Positions 1-12,303 of a DNA stretch of 64,000 nt are shown piece after piece. A program made the position numbers and the translations under genes. The stretch comes from Podarcis gaigeae (lineage: Eukaryota). Below the pieces are notes generated by a model that did not search any database, had not been told where the DNA came from, and was given only the letters and a program-made list of their open reading frames with translations. How positions within the stretch are numbered: position 1 is the first letter of the stretch; every line of letters begins with the position of its first letter. Location: assembly GCA_964106915.2 (NCBI GenBank), contig OZ066923.1; one strand, 5' to 3'.

Positions 1-1916
1 TGTGTGCGTGTGCCTTTTCAAAACACTTTTGCTCCCTGTTAAAATATGTGTCTCCTATTGATTTTGTCTTTTGCACTCATATATGAAGGGTTTGGAATGG
101 TTCAAAAAGAGGCAGGTTCATGGGGGAAGGCAAATCATAACCCAACCGCTGAGGCAAATATACCCAAAGTTACTTCAAGTTCACACTAATCCAATAGAAT
201 GGCAGAATGGGCTAAAATAAATAAAGTTCCAGTTTTCCACCTTGAAAGATGGGACCACTTTGTGTGCCACTGTGCACAGAAATGGGGAGAGCCCCCATCA
301 CTTCCTCTCCCCAGCTTCTGACTTCATTATATCTTGACATGGGGTTCAGTGGGAGACCATCAGGGGCTATGTTGGATCCTGGGGTGTGGGAACAGGCAGA
401 CAGAGCAGACCAAACAGGAAACTTACAGTCTGGTCTGTGCCTAGCTTTTAAAGGCAGATTGTTTGTTTCACTACGTCTGGACAGTTCCACCCTCCTTCAA
501 TTCTCATCCCTTGCTTTGGATGTTCATTAGCCACCAGTTGAAGGGGGCTGGGAAGGAATTTTCCCCATATCCATTACTAGCCTTAGGAATGTGGGGCTTT
601 CACCTTCCCTGGAGCAAGGACTTTGTATTCATATTGTGTCATTTACAGTTCCCAATCTTCTGTTGTTACAACAATGATTTCCAAGAAGGAAATGGGGAAC
701 ATCCCTAAAGGTCTTGGGAGGTGTTGCACTATGGCACCAGCCCCATCTTTGGGCACTGCTGCCACTACACACCCAAGTTGACAGTAGCCACCACTGGAAT
801 GGCCAACCCTGATGTGTCCCTGAATTGCTGGTCATCTCCCTGATAGTTGGCACCTAGCAGGTGGGCTGGGTGTGGACGCTGGGCCTGCAGGCCACTGTGA
901 CCAGTAATGGGAGTCTCTCCTGTGCCATGCCAGACTTTGGGATTGTTGTTTCCAATGAAGTTGTGGTCATTTTTAAACCACACTCAGACTCTGTGTGTTA
1001 TTCCAAGTGGGGGAGGGGTTTCCAAAAACAATACAGTACAGAACACAAATGAGCCTGAATATAAATACAAAATAAAAATACTTAACAAGAATAATTATAT
1101 TTAGGGGTGGGTGTATTGGTAATATGCTGTGAGAGGGGCATGGAGGGCGTTCTCTTATCTCTTATATTATCAATGGTGTGAGTTTACCCTCCTCTGGCAC
1201 AGAGGTACTGCTGGTGCAAAGTGTAGAATTTGAAAGGAGGACATGATTCTGAGGCATATAGAGCCTCCCTCTTGTGACCAGTCAACATACAGATGGGTTA
1301 AATCTAGCACTGGATCCTTGTTGAAACACACAGTATTTGTGAGAGGTTTCTCCTTCTCTTGATTCACCATCCCAACCTGACTGGGAATGAGCTTTAATTA
1401 TTTTTCTCTTTGGTGGAGGCATGTCATGTTCTATTCATCTTCTAATGTCAATATTGGATTAGTGTCCTAAACCACAGCTGTTTAGTACCCTGACCTATAA
1501 TTCCCTGATGAATACAACTGTCACAGTAATGTTTGTGTACTTGGCTACAGTTGGTATTTAAAACCAAAATGAATAGAGTTGGAACAATTTGATGAACTGC
1601 AACTGAAATTCCTTTGTTAAAGTACAGCTGCCTTAAATTTAGTGGTATAGTGTCCCATTAGATCGAAATGTTTTCCTTCTGCTCTATCAATATTGCCATT
1701 TCTTATGTCAGATTAGTGTCCATTGGCAAAAAGCAGGATATGTGACATTGGAAGATGAGCAGGTGATTGAACCATTTATGTTGTGTGCTAATATTTGTAG
1801 GTTCTTTACTTATGTTGCGAAAGAACTGATGACTAGTTTGTTGCAAGTTCTGGTTCCTCGGTTATGTATCTCTGTTATGTGGCCTATTATCACTGGTGAA
1901 TAGCTGTTTCAGATTA

Positions 1917-2601
1917 CCGTATTTTTCATCCCATAGGGCGCACCGGCCCATAGGATGGACCTAGTTTTTTGGGGGGGGGAATAAAAGAATTCCCCCCCTT
2001 TATTTCCCCCCCCCCCCAAAACCAGGTCGGGGAATCCAAACCAGGTCAGGGAACAGCGGGATGGTGGCGCTGCACCTCCCTGCTGTCCCCCGAGCTTGTG
2101 GGGCTGGCGCTGGGGAGAAGCGCGCTTCTCCCCAGCGTCAGTCTCCAAACCAGGTCGAGGAACAGCAGGATGGTGGCACTGCGCCTCCCCGCTGTCCCCC
2201 GAGCTTGTGGGGCTGCCCGATGTCTGCCCGAAGCGCGGGGCGCTCTGCTGCAACGCGCCCCGCGCTCCGGGCAGAAGGCTGCTATCCGCAGCCTAGGGAG
2301 CCCTGCGGAAACTCCCACAGGGCGCCCTAGGCTGCGGATATCTGCCCGAAGCACGGGGCACACTGCTTCAGCGCACCCCGCGCTCCGGGCAGCAGGCTGC
2401 TATCCGCAGCCTAGGGAGCCCTGCGGGAACTCCCGCGGGCTCCCCAGGCTTGCTGATAGCTTCCTGAAGCCTGGAGAGCGAGAGGGGTTGGTGCGCACCA
2501 ACCCCTCTCGCTCTCCAAGCTTCAGCGAAAGCCTGCATTCGCCCCATAGGATGCACGTTTTTGGAGGGGGGGGAGTGTGACCTATAGGGCGAAAAATACG
2601 G
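1917..2601. mobile_element. non-autonomous TcMar (Tc2/MER104-like) DNA transposon with a GC-rich repeated interior
   Basis: TIRs ccgtatttttc...gaaaaatacgg, TA on both flanks (1915-16, 2602-03). Confidence 0.85.
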
Positions 2602-5600
2602 TAGGCTGTTGGTAAGCAAGATCAGGCCTATCTCCCAAAGCCATAATTTTCAGGATGGGTTGCAGATTCTTGATAATAAGTTGCATTGGTTGTGACTGGA
2701 AGCTGTAGATGGCAACAAGTTGCCTTCTGTCACTTTCTCTTCTGGGTCTACCCTGTAATAGTCTACCCCAGGGTAAGTCTGGCCTTGTTGATCTGTTTAC
2801 AATATCCACCCAATGAAAGAAATAATATGAGAAATGTCTGTTGTAAATCCTTAAATCCTGAATAGCTGTCTGACAGGTTTGCATTTAGATAAAGGGTGGT
2901 GGTATCTGATGAACTCGTGCTAGCAGAAGACTCATTTAAATCAATGGACCACTTAGTGATGGCTAATTTAAGTCCATTGATTTGAATAGGTCTTCTCTAT
3001 GACTTAGCCAGATACTACCCAAAAAATATAGATATTTATTTATTTTATAGAATTTATACCCCACTCGATTGTAAAAACCTCAAAGTGGTTTACAAAAAGA
3101 TAAAGCAAAAAAATTGAGCGTTATCCACAACCATACATTAAAACATACAAAAGTTAAAATATTAAAACAGATTAAAATTGCTTCAGCTTTCTAAGCATCT
3201 GGGTGGGCTTGTCTAAACAGGACTGTTTTTAGCAGGCCCCAAAAAGAGTACAGTGAGTTTCAAAGTGCAGGTGTTGCCATACTAAACTACTGAGTTATTA
3301 TAGGTGTAGAAAAGGTATTATGTGGCACCTGCAGTAATGCCAATTATAAGTTAAAATGGAGCCAGCAAAGAAGTATTAAACGAAAAAACCAAGTTAAGAA
3401 TAATACTGTTAAAACAGATTTTAAGTGGAAGATGAAAAAAAAAACTTGGAAAATAATTGTGAGAGAGTTGTGAATGACAAAGGAGAGGAAAATGTGATAG
3501 CAAAGGCCAAATTTCTTCACTGAAAGAATCATATAATGAAATATATGTGACAATCACAAGACAATGTGGGTATATGGCTTAAAAGGTTCTCAATGTTTTC
3601 CCATCACATGTATGTCAGACAACCTCTTATTTACTGTTTAATTTATATTCTGTAAGCTTCAACACACAGTGCTCTTACAGAGGCTAAATATAGATGATAA
3701 AAAACTATAATTAGAACACTAAAACTACAGTAACCAGCATATAAATTATAATAAAGGGGAAGACCATATGCAACAGTGTTTGCCTGGTGCTAAAATGAGA
3801 ACAGATGAATGTCTCAGTAAGTTTTCAGTTGTGGCAACCTGCGTGCCAGGTGCAGGTTGTCACAGCTGAAAATATTATCTCTCCCGTCCTCACCCGTCTT
3901 GTCTTGCTGGAGAACCTCAGGTGAAGGTTTCAGTGTTTGGGTGGACAAGTATGGATTAATACAGTCCAGAGAGTCCTAAGAAATGTAGCTTTAAAGGGTA
4001 GGCATCAGCTAAGCATCATCACTTTGAACTGAGCTTGAGAGAGCACCATGAACCAACAAAGCTGTTTCAATATGGGTAAAATATGATCTAGATGATTGGT
4101 GTCAGTTCGCAACCCAGCTAATATCGTCTGCTAAATCTGCTTACCACTTCAGTACCTTGGTGAATTTGCCACCCTGATTTCCTTATGAGAGAGAAGCGGA
4201 AATACAAATTAATGTAAGCATGTTATCCACTAGGGTCTGCTCCCCTGTCAGTTGTGCTTCCAGTTTAAATTGGGATATCCATATATCTTCCCTTGTATAT
4301 ATATTTACTGCTTTATGAGACATAACAAAATATTTAAAAGGAAAATTGAGAAATACTTTTTATTATTTATTGAATTTATATCCTAACTTTGTCATGAATA
4401 CAGTGGGCATTATTGTCCCCTCTCTGCTCATCAAAAGATCACAGTGATTAACAGGGAGAGACAATTTGCATCTCTACCAGGATACTGGACTCTGCCTACC
4501 CCAGGACTGTGTCTATTTTGGTGCTTTTCTTAAACCCCAACTCTTGCTAAGCTAAAATCAGTTGGATCTTTCAGGGAGAGGAAATTTGCTTGGAGGGCCA
4601 AACCAGCCTTCTTAATTTGGGGTTAGCTAGACAAGATTTTAAAAACTCCACAAAGATTTGACAATTAAAGAAAATACTATAACATTGGGCATCTACTCAT
4701 ACTGGTTTGTGTAGCTCTTTCTTCTTGGTTTTCATCTACACAAAAACTTGGTCCAAGCATGCTGGCACTGAACATTTGATAAAGGGATCTGCATGAGAAG
4801 ATATGCATGCTCTAACAGGAGTGATTATTTGAATTTATCGCAAATAGTGCAGGCTATAAGCTGTCTGACTGGAATTTTTCATGATACTTTGAGTTAGTGA
4901 GGAGAATTTACTTAGCTTGGTATGGATGACTACAGACTTTTTTTAAATGCTGTTTGATTTGCAGGCTTTTGTCACCCTTCTTCTTTGATAATAGTCTTTC
5001 CTTTCTCACCTTAAGGCATTAAGGGAAAAGATATTTTGAGAAATGCTGTTGATGTCCCCTCCTTGCCCCTGGCAGAGTTAATCCAACTGTCCTGCTGTGC
5101 TCAGAGAGCCTGTTCTCTCCCACCCACAGTGTTTTTTCTTCACAGATTAAGAGCCAGAGAGCAGCAGGATGCCAGGCTATGGTGTGCTGTGCTAACTGGC
5201 ATTGACTATCATTGTCTTTCAAGATAAGAACTGTATCCAGTTTAGATGGGATTCCTGGGAATGCGTTTTGTGATTCTTCAGGCTATGTTTGAGGAAGCTT
5301 GCCCACACAGTTCCTGCAGTATGCATAGCTGTTGATGATATCCTTCATTTCTAGCTTCACAAAGACATATTAATATTTTAATTTTGAGTATTTTTTCTTT
5401 ATATTATAATTGCACTGCAACTAAACTATTCTCATTTCTATGTTGTTTGGGAGTCATAGTTCAGCTCCTAGAAAGTCTGTCCTCTTCATCAGAAATCAGG
5501 CAGATACAGTGTGCCTTGCCTCCAGCTACAAAACAGCCTAGAAGTTATTTGAGAGCAACACCCCCAGAGAGAGTCAGGAGAATTGAACAGCTAGTGGGTT

Positions 5601-6144
5601 TCTTAAATATACATTCACATATATTACAGGATCCATGGGGAGGACCAACCAACCCTTTAACCTACTTCCTTAAGATCGTTAGCTGTTCCTCCCTATATCT
5701 GCTACTTCTGATAATGTAGATAGAAAAATTGTGTCTTAGAATGGATGTCCAGTCAGAAACAGAAGCAGCAGACAATTAATAAGGAGTCAGTTTTGGTAGA
5801 GGAAGAATCAGAGACTTATGGCAGGTGTGGGTGTCAGTGCTGACAGTGGCCTGCCTTGAAGCAGAGGAAATCAAAGCTACTCATTGCCACCATTATCATC
5901 ACGAACAGATGAAGAACTAACTACATTTGGGGAAATTACCTTTTCCAAACAAATCTCCTAAGAATCAAGAGATAGTTAATATTTGCATTGATTCAAATTA
6001 TATTTGTAAAGATATAATAAAAGCAAAAAAATCCAAAACCCATTCAACCCCCCCTCCCCCCCAAAAACCACCTGAAGTATTTCATAGTGTTCTGCTTTAT
6101 TAATACTGTGACTACAAGACTGGATATTAATTCATCTCTGTGTA

Positions 6145-6375
6145 CAGTGGTACCTCGTGTTAAGCACTTAATTCGTTCTGGAGGTCTGTTCTTAACCTGA
6201 AACTGTTCTTAACCTGAAGCACCACTATATCTAATGGGGCCTCCTGCTGCCGCTGCACGATTTCTGTTCTCATCCTGAAGCAAAGTTATTAACCCAAGGT
6301 AATGTTTCTTTGTTAGCGGAGTCTGTAACCTGAAGTGCATGTAACCTGAAGCATATGTAACCAGAGGTACCACTG
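6145..6375 (+). mobile_element. TcMar/Tigger-like MITE
   Basis: TIR cagtggtacctc...gaggtaccactg, TA target duplication. Confidence 0.9.
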
Positions 6376-6939
6376 TATTTTAATTTGGGCTTTTTCTGAT
6401 TAAAGATGTTGCTAATTTTGAATTATTGATTAACCTGAGAAATAGCTTTGCTCAGATATAATGAACATGCAATTGTAAAGTTGTTTTACAACTGAGCACA
6501 TCTCAGGTTATTTTGGCCAACTTGCAACAAGCTGTAAAGTTTGCAGGGGAGCTCTTGCTGTATTGTTGTTGCTTTGATCAAGCAAGCACAGCTAGGTGCT
6601 GCAATTTTTACTTATATTTCTAATACAGGCAGCAACTATTTTGCATGGCGGTTCCATTCCTGGCCCCTGTGCACATCTGTGGACTGTGCATAAGCCCATT
6701 CTGCCCCCGTTCTGCAGTCTTCCAGGTACAAAAGGACCCATGCATTGGCACTTGCATGTTATTTTGACGCACACAAAATGGTTGCAGCCTATATCACTTA
6801 CAAATAAAGTTGAAACTGACAAAGAACGGTGGAATACATTTTTAAAGTTGAACAGAGGGATATCAGTTATAGCATGCAGTATTTTACTCCAGAGGAAAGG
6901 GGCAGCTGCAATCAAATTTTCCCAGAAAGTACACTGAAA

Positions 6940-7770
6940 TTTCAAAGCACTAATGGAGAACTACATGTAAGAGAAAGGCTTGTCTGGAATCAACTGAAAT
7001 AAGCTTTACATTGCTTTCCATGTCAATTATTTTGGCTCAAGACTAGCACTTCTGCATCTAAGTCTGCCCTGGTATCTGCTGAAGGCTAAGATGCTAATGG
7101 GAATTGGTGGAAACTTTTCTACAGGATTCCAAAACATGAAAAAGGCAATAGTCATAGAGAATGTTACTTAGCTTGGCAAGAACTTGAAAGGCACCTGCTT
7201 CATCCCAGAAGCGTCAATTAAAACATGAAGCTGTGAAATGGTACTACCTTTTAAAGTGCATCACTGATGTACTTTTCTTGGGAGAGCATGGTCTAGCATT
7301 TACTGGTTTATCCCTCTGAATTAGTGATTCAAACAATGGAAACGTTTAAGGACTCATTGAACTGCTCTCCAGGTGGGACTTCAGGAATGTGTGCTAAGTG
7401 TAGAGGAGTCACAGAAAAGGAGTGAGTGGCTTCAAGTGCATTATGTCCCCCGACTCACAAAATGAATTTATTGCAGAATGTTCAAATCTTGTGAAACAAC
7501 ACATTTTGCTTGAGAGGCAATCCGCAAAGTACTGTGTAGTAAGAGTAGATTCAACACCAGATTCTTCCCACACTGAACACACATTTCGTTTGAGATACGT
7601 ACTTTTGAAAGAAATGCAGTATCAAATTCAAGAAATATTTCTCAAGTTTGCAGATTGTAGCAACTAAAAAGGGAGGGGGGATGATCAGTTGATAACTGAT
7701 ACACTGAAAGAGCATGCTATTCCTCTCAGTGATTGTAGAGCTCAAGCCTACAGTAATGGGGCAAATATGC
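6940..7770 (+). mobile_element. decayed hAT (Tip100/ZMYM1-like) transposase fragment
   Basis: frameshifted peptides CFPCQLF, HEKGNSHREC (TTF-type zinc finger), SPDSQNEFI, VDSTPDSSHTE, LRYV, CRAQAYSNGANM (DUF4371-type motifs). Confidence 0.85.
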
Positions 7771-9659
7771 CCCCCCTGCTCTCCAGGCTCCACTTCTGCC
7801 TCTTATTCTGGATTACTCTCTGCTACAGACTCTTCCCGCACACTAAAACCTGTTACTTTTCAGCTTTCAACACCTTCTCCTTCCGGTCTGCTACCTCTTG
7901 TCCCTCTGACCACTCGTTGTAGTCCCACCACTAATCCCCTGGCTCTGAGCCTTCTTCCCTTAGGGGTTTCCCAGCTGGTGCCTCTCAGCGCTCCTCTGCA
8001 TCCAGCCAGTCCATGATAGTCCATATTGTTTTTGGGACAGTAGCCTTGGCAGTGAGGCCTTTGGAGATGTGATAGCTGCATCCCACTTCCAGGGTGACAG
8101 CTCCCCTGCTGTCATGGAGAATGAAGGCCTTGGGGGAAGGAGATAGTCAAACTGAGGAAGTGGAAAATGATCCTTTAGAAGGAACCCATTCCTTGGGGTA
8201 TGAGCAGGGGGATTCTGGTAGAGGGTAATTTGATAATTAGGGACATTGATGATTGGGTATGTGGTGGACATGCGGCTTGTTTGCCTGGCGCACAGACTGT
8301 GAATATCACACATCGTCTAGATGCTGGGGAGGAGTCTGGAGGTAGTGCACGATGGCACCAGTGGTATAGCGAAATGTAGTTGTGCAATCCAGGAACTGAA
8401 ATTTAGATTGCTAGGTAGGAAGTGCAGGTCCTGTAAGCCAAGACTTCCAAGGTAGCTTTCTTTGAAATGCTACTAGTTCCATGAGCAGGGCCAGCAAGAC
8501 AGGCAGAGTTGTGTAGTCTCAGTGCTTGGATGTGATGGTGGTGTTGAGAGGAAGGTTTTAGATTTGTTTCTAACACATTCTAGCTGTTTTCCCAGCAGTG
8601 AAACTTGTACTGCAGTGCCTCAGATTTCTATTCAGCAGCAAGTCTAACTAATTCCCAGGTGAATGGACATGGGAGTATAGCTTCAGTGTTCCTTCATCTT
8701 CTCTGCAGTGTGCATGCTGCATGCATTTACTTTTGCTTAACGGCTCAGCCACATTTATTTTTCAAAATAATGACAGCAATTACACTGTGTAATAGATGCC
8801 AGGTTTCAGCCTAGGGCAAATGTTTATGCATGAAATATAGGTTTAGGAAAATAAATGTATATACACAAAGTACAGGTGTAATTTTGTTTTTTACACCTCT
8901 CTCTTTAGCAAGGGTTGGACTATGCTATTGCTGCAGGCTTCCATTCTGTCAGACCTTGCTGTGACTTGAATTCCCAGTGTTTTATATTGTTCTGCCTATA
9001 TGACTGTAAATAATTTTTATGTTAAGGTAGTAAAGATGAATTTTATGTTCTCAATACTATAACATCAGGAGGCGATAGCAATAAGTAGCTATATTTTCAT
9101 TTGTTGATGAATCTTGAAGGAGGTGATTCTAGTCTACTAGAGTCAAATGGAAAGATGGTCTTCAACCTTTTCAGATCCAGGACACACATTCAACTCAAAC
9201 ATGCATTTGGGGACCCACTTCTTAATTTTGTACCATATATTTGTAGGGTGGTAGTGCTGCTGTTGTGACCGACCATGGATCAGGCCATGACCCAAAAGTG
9301 GCTCCCAACTTACAATTTGAAGACTGATGAATACTATAGCATTGTATCTTCTGAAGCCTGAAATACTGTCTGAAAGGTTGCTTGGTACAACCAATAGGCT
9401 GATTTGCACATAGCCTGGAAGTCATGAAATACCTCTTGAGCCGATCAGTGTGTTCATGTGTTATCTTGCCAGATAAGAGATACCAAAGGGTTGTGAAGAT
9501 TGTGTAGTGGTGGCAGGATGTATCTGACTTCGTTAGAAGGGATGGGAAACCAGAGGAGGCATATATCCTGGCAGGTCAGGGTTGTGTCACACAAGCTGAT
9601 TATAATATACTAAAATCCATATTTAAATGTTATATCTAAACACATCAAGCGAAATGTAT

Positions 9660-9960
9660 TTATTAAAGAAATTTTGTCTCCCAACTATTGAACTAGAAAG
9701 GGATATGATATCCCCTTGTGATTGGCCCTTTTGTGTGATATTCATAGAAACTACCAAATGCTATTTAGGTAAAGAGATTAAGGGATTCATGATAGGACAA
9801 CTGGAGGTCAAAATTATCCTTTTTGCAGATGACATTGGGCACAACTCGGCTAACCCAATAAGATTGTTGCAAAGGTTAACAAGATTACCCATCCGTGTGA
9901 ACATACATTCATGCAAAATTATAGCAAAACTGAGTTTATAATTTATTATTTAGGTTTTGA
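9660..9960 (+). mobile_element. old L1-clade LINE reverse-transcriptase fragment
   Basis: IKGFMIGQLEVKIILFADDI motif. Confidence 0.6.
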
Positions 9961-9983
9961 ACGTAACTTCCTTTTGGCTAGAT

Positions 9984-10119
9984 CAGTGTTTCCCAACCTT
10001 GTGCCTCCAGATGTTTTTGGCCTACAACTCCCATCATCCCTAGCTAGCAAGACCAGTGGTCAGGGATGATGGGAGTTGTAGGCCAAAAACATCTGGAGGC
10101 ACAAGGTTGGGAAACACTG
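9984..10119. mobile_element. 136-bp palindromic hAT MITE
   Basis: perfect 58-bp inverted arms, 20-nt spacer, 8-bp TSD GGCTAGAT. Confidence 0.95.
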
Positions 10120-10556
10120 GGCTAGATGAAGGAATAAAGTATCCAAGTCATACTTAGAGTAGACCCACTGGAATTAATTGGCTTACTTAATCATTGCTGA
10201 GGGTTGTGGTCTCTGCCTTAATTGAATGCCACTGTGGTCTCTATCTAAAACGTTTTTAGACCAATCTTAGTCTTGAGCATAGACTACATTAGCCTAAGTC
10301 TTACCATGAATAAAATAAAAGTCTCCCTAGATTCATAGCTGAGAATCTTCTGCAGAGCACAGAAGGCTGTCCATGTGAGAAAGCTACCCAACATGTTTGT
10401 AAGAGCTAGGAATCACAGAGTAGTGGGTATATTATAGTAATGTTTTAGATGCATAGAAAGCCTTTAATAAATCATAACGTATTCTTTGAATTAAGAGTAT
10501 TCAGATGTTTGGGTTAAGTAATTCTTTTCAGACTTGGTGTCTCTTGTCTGTTAGAT

Positions 10557-11450
10557 GGCACCTGGCTCTCTGTCTCTATCTCGACTTCTCTGTTCCATCT
10601 GAATCAAGAGAGGCAGCTGAGGTGTTAGGCCAGTGCATGGAGGCAGTGATGGGTTGTATGTGGGCCAATAAACTGAAGCTGAATCCTGAAAAAGAAGTGT
10701 TATGTGTCCCAGGTTCTCGCTTCCAGGAAGCGGGGAGGTAACCAATCCTGGATGGAGTTGCACTCCCCTGGAAGGAGCAGATTTGCTCCTGGATTTGACA
10801 CTGTCACTGGAGGCTTAAGTGGTCTCGGTGGTTTGGAATGCCTTTTTTCAGCTCCAGCTGGTTCACCAGCTACAACCCCTTTTGGACCAAGATTGCCATT
10901 GTACTCCATGCTCTGGTAACTTCCAGACTGAATTATTACAATGCACTTGTATGTGGGACTACCTTTGAAGACGACTTGGAAAATGCCACTCTGGGCGGCT
11001 TCCATAAAAACCAAAGTTGCTCTGGTTGCCAGTTCATTCCTGAGCCCAACTTAAGGTGCTCACATTAGTGTTTAAAGCCTTAAATGCCTCAGGCCCAAAA
11101 TATCTGAAAGACCACCTCCTTCCCTACAGGCTCTCTTCAGTGCTGAGATTGGCATGGGAAACCATCTTGGTAGTTCCTTCACCTTCAGACGCTTGCTCGG
11201 GTGGTGGGGGGTGGCCCGGGAGAAGGAATTTTCTGTGGTGGCCCCTCTGCACAGGGGTGTGTCTGGCGCCTTCATTATACAGCTTCCAGAGAATGCTGAA
11301 GGCGTACCTCATTACCCTGACTTTTGACACATGATGTGCTTATTTTTCAGGAGCCACCTTATTTTTATGATATTGTTTTAAACTGTTTTTAGTACTGTGT
11401 TCTAATGTTGTAACCCACACTGAGACCTTAGGGTGAAGGGTGGGTCAATT
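10557..11450 (+). mobile_element. decayed L2-clade LINE 3' fragment
   Basis: WANKLKLNPEK, VLHALVTSRLNYYNAL, LVFKALNASGPKYLKDHL motifs with frameshifts. Confidence 0.8.
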
Positions 11451-11519
11451 AATCATCATCCTCATCATTAACTTTGAAACTAGATTAACTTTGAAACTAG
11501 ATTATCCAACAAAATAACT

Positions 11520-11990
11520 TTTAAAAGAAGAAGTAAGTACGGATGCCCCTTATTACCAGTGGTGTTTATTCTAGCTATAGAATTATTAGGAATTATACTT
11601 ACAAAGGACAACCAGATAAAAGGCATGTCTACAAATCTTAAGCAGAACAAATCAGCTATTTATGCAGATGCCATTGTCCTAATGGTTATTAAGCCAATTA
11701 ATTACCTAAATAAATTCTTGTAAGTTTTTTTTTTAAAGTGTAGATCTTTGTCAGACTACACATTAAACAAAGAAAAATCTGAGTGATTAGGATTAAATAT
11801 TGAACTCACGTTTCAATGTCTGTTGTATAATTGCAGTGATAAAGAAAACAAAATAAATGAATGAGGAATTGTGCTGACTACAAAGATTAAACAAAGTGGC
11901 ACTGATTATGCAAACAGTTATGCAAATTGTTGTTTTCATAAAAACTGAGTAAATGGATTAAACTGAGTTCATTCCAGAAAAATTTGTAGC
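11520..11990 (+). mobile_element. old L1-clade LINE reverse-transcriptase fragment
   Basis: GCPLLPVVFILAIELL...IKG...AIYADAIV and LNKEKSE remnants. Confidence 0.6.
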
Positions 11991-12249
11991 TACTGTGGAA
12001 GCACCCCGAGTCAGTTATTAAAATACGAGCCCCTTGTAATATACATACAAGAGAACTATTTCATGCCACTGGGACAATTAATGTTGGTATTTAGTTCTAA
12101 ACTTTTGCAGTGGTTGCATGTTTGCTTTTCCCCCAAGTAAATGCTGTGTTGTTGAAATTCTTAAAGTGGTAGAACTGGAACATGCCAATTTAGGTTTTAA
12201 AGATACATTGAACCAGTCGTATGATTGCTTTACGGTGTAGCATTGCTTG

Positions 12250-12254
<5 letters not shown>

Positions 12255-12299
<45 letters not shown>
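12255..12299. repeat. (TG)n microsatellite
   Basis: about 22 perfect units; a (CAG/CAA)n run follows at 12340-12369. Confidence 0.97.

Positions 12300-12303
<4 letters not shown>

Noticed and set aside
2038-2435. Repeat-spacer-like periodicity suggestive of CRISPR
   Set aside because: Eukaryotic transposon interior, only two copies per module, no cas genes
1909-2619. Overlapping ORFs up to 203 aa on both strands
   Set aside because: They lie inside a GC-rich repeated MITE interior where stop codons are rare; no domain similarity
7770-8580. GC-richer block with several short ORFs after the hAT remnant
   Set aside because: Probably a decayed repeat, but no diagnostic motif allowed an assignment
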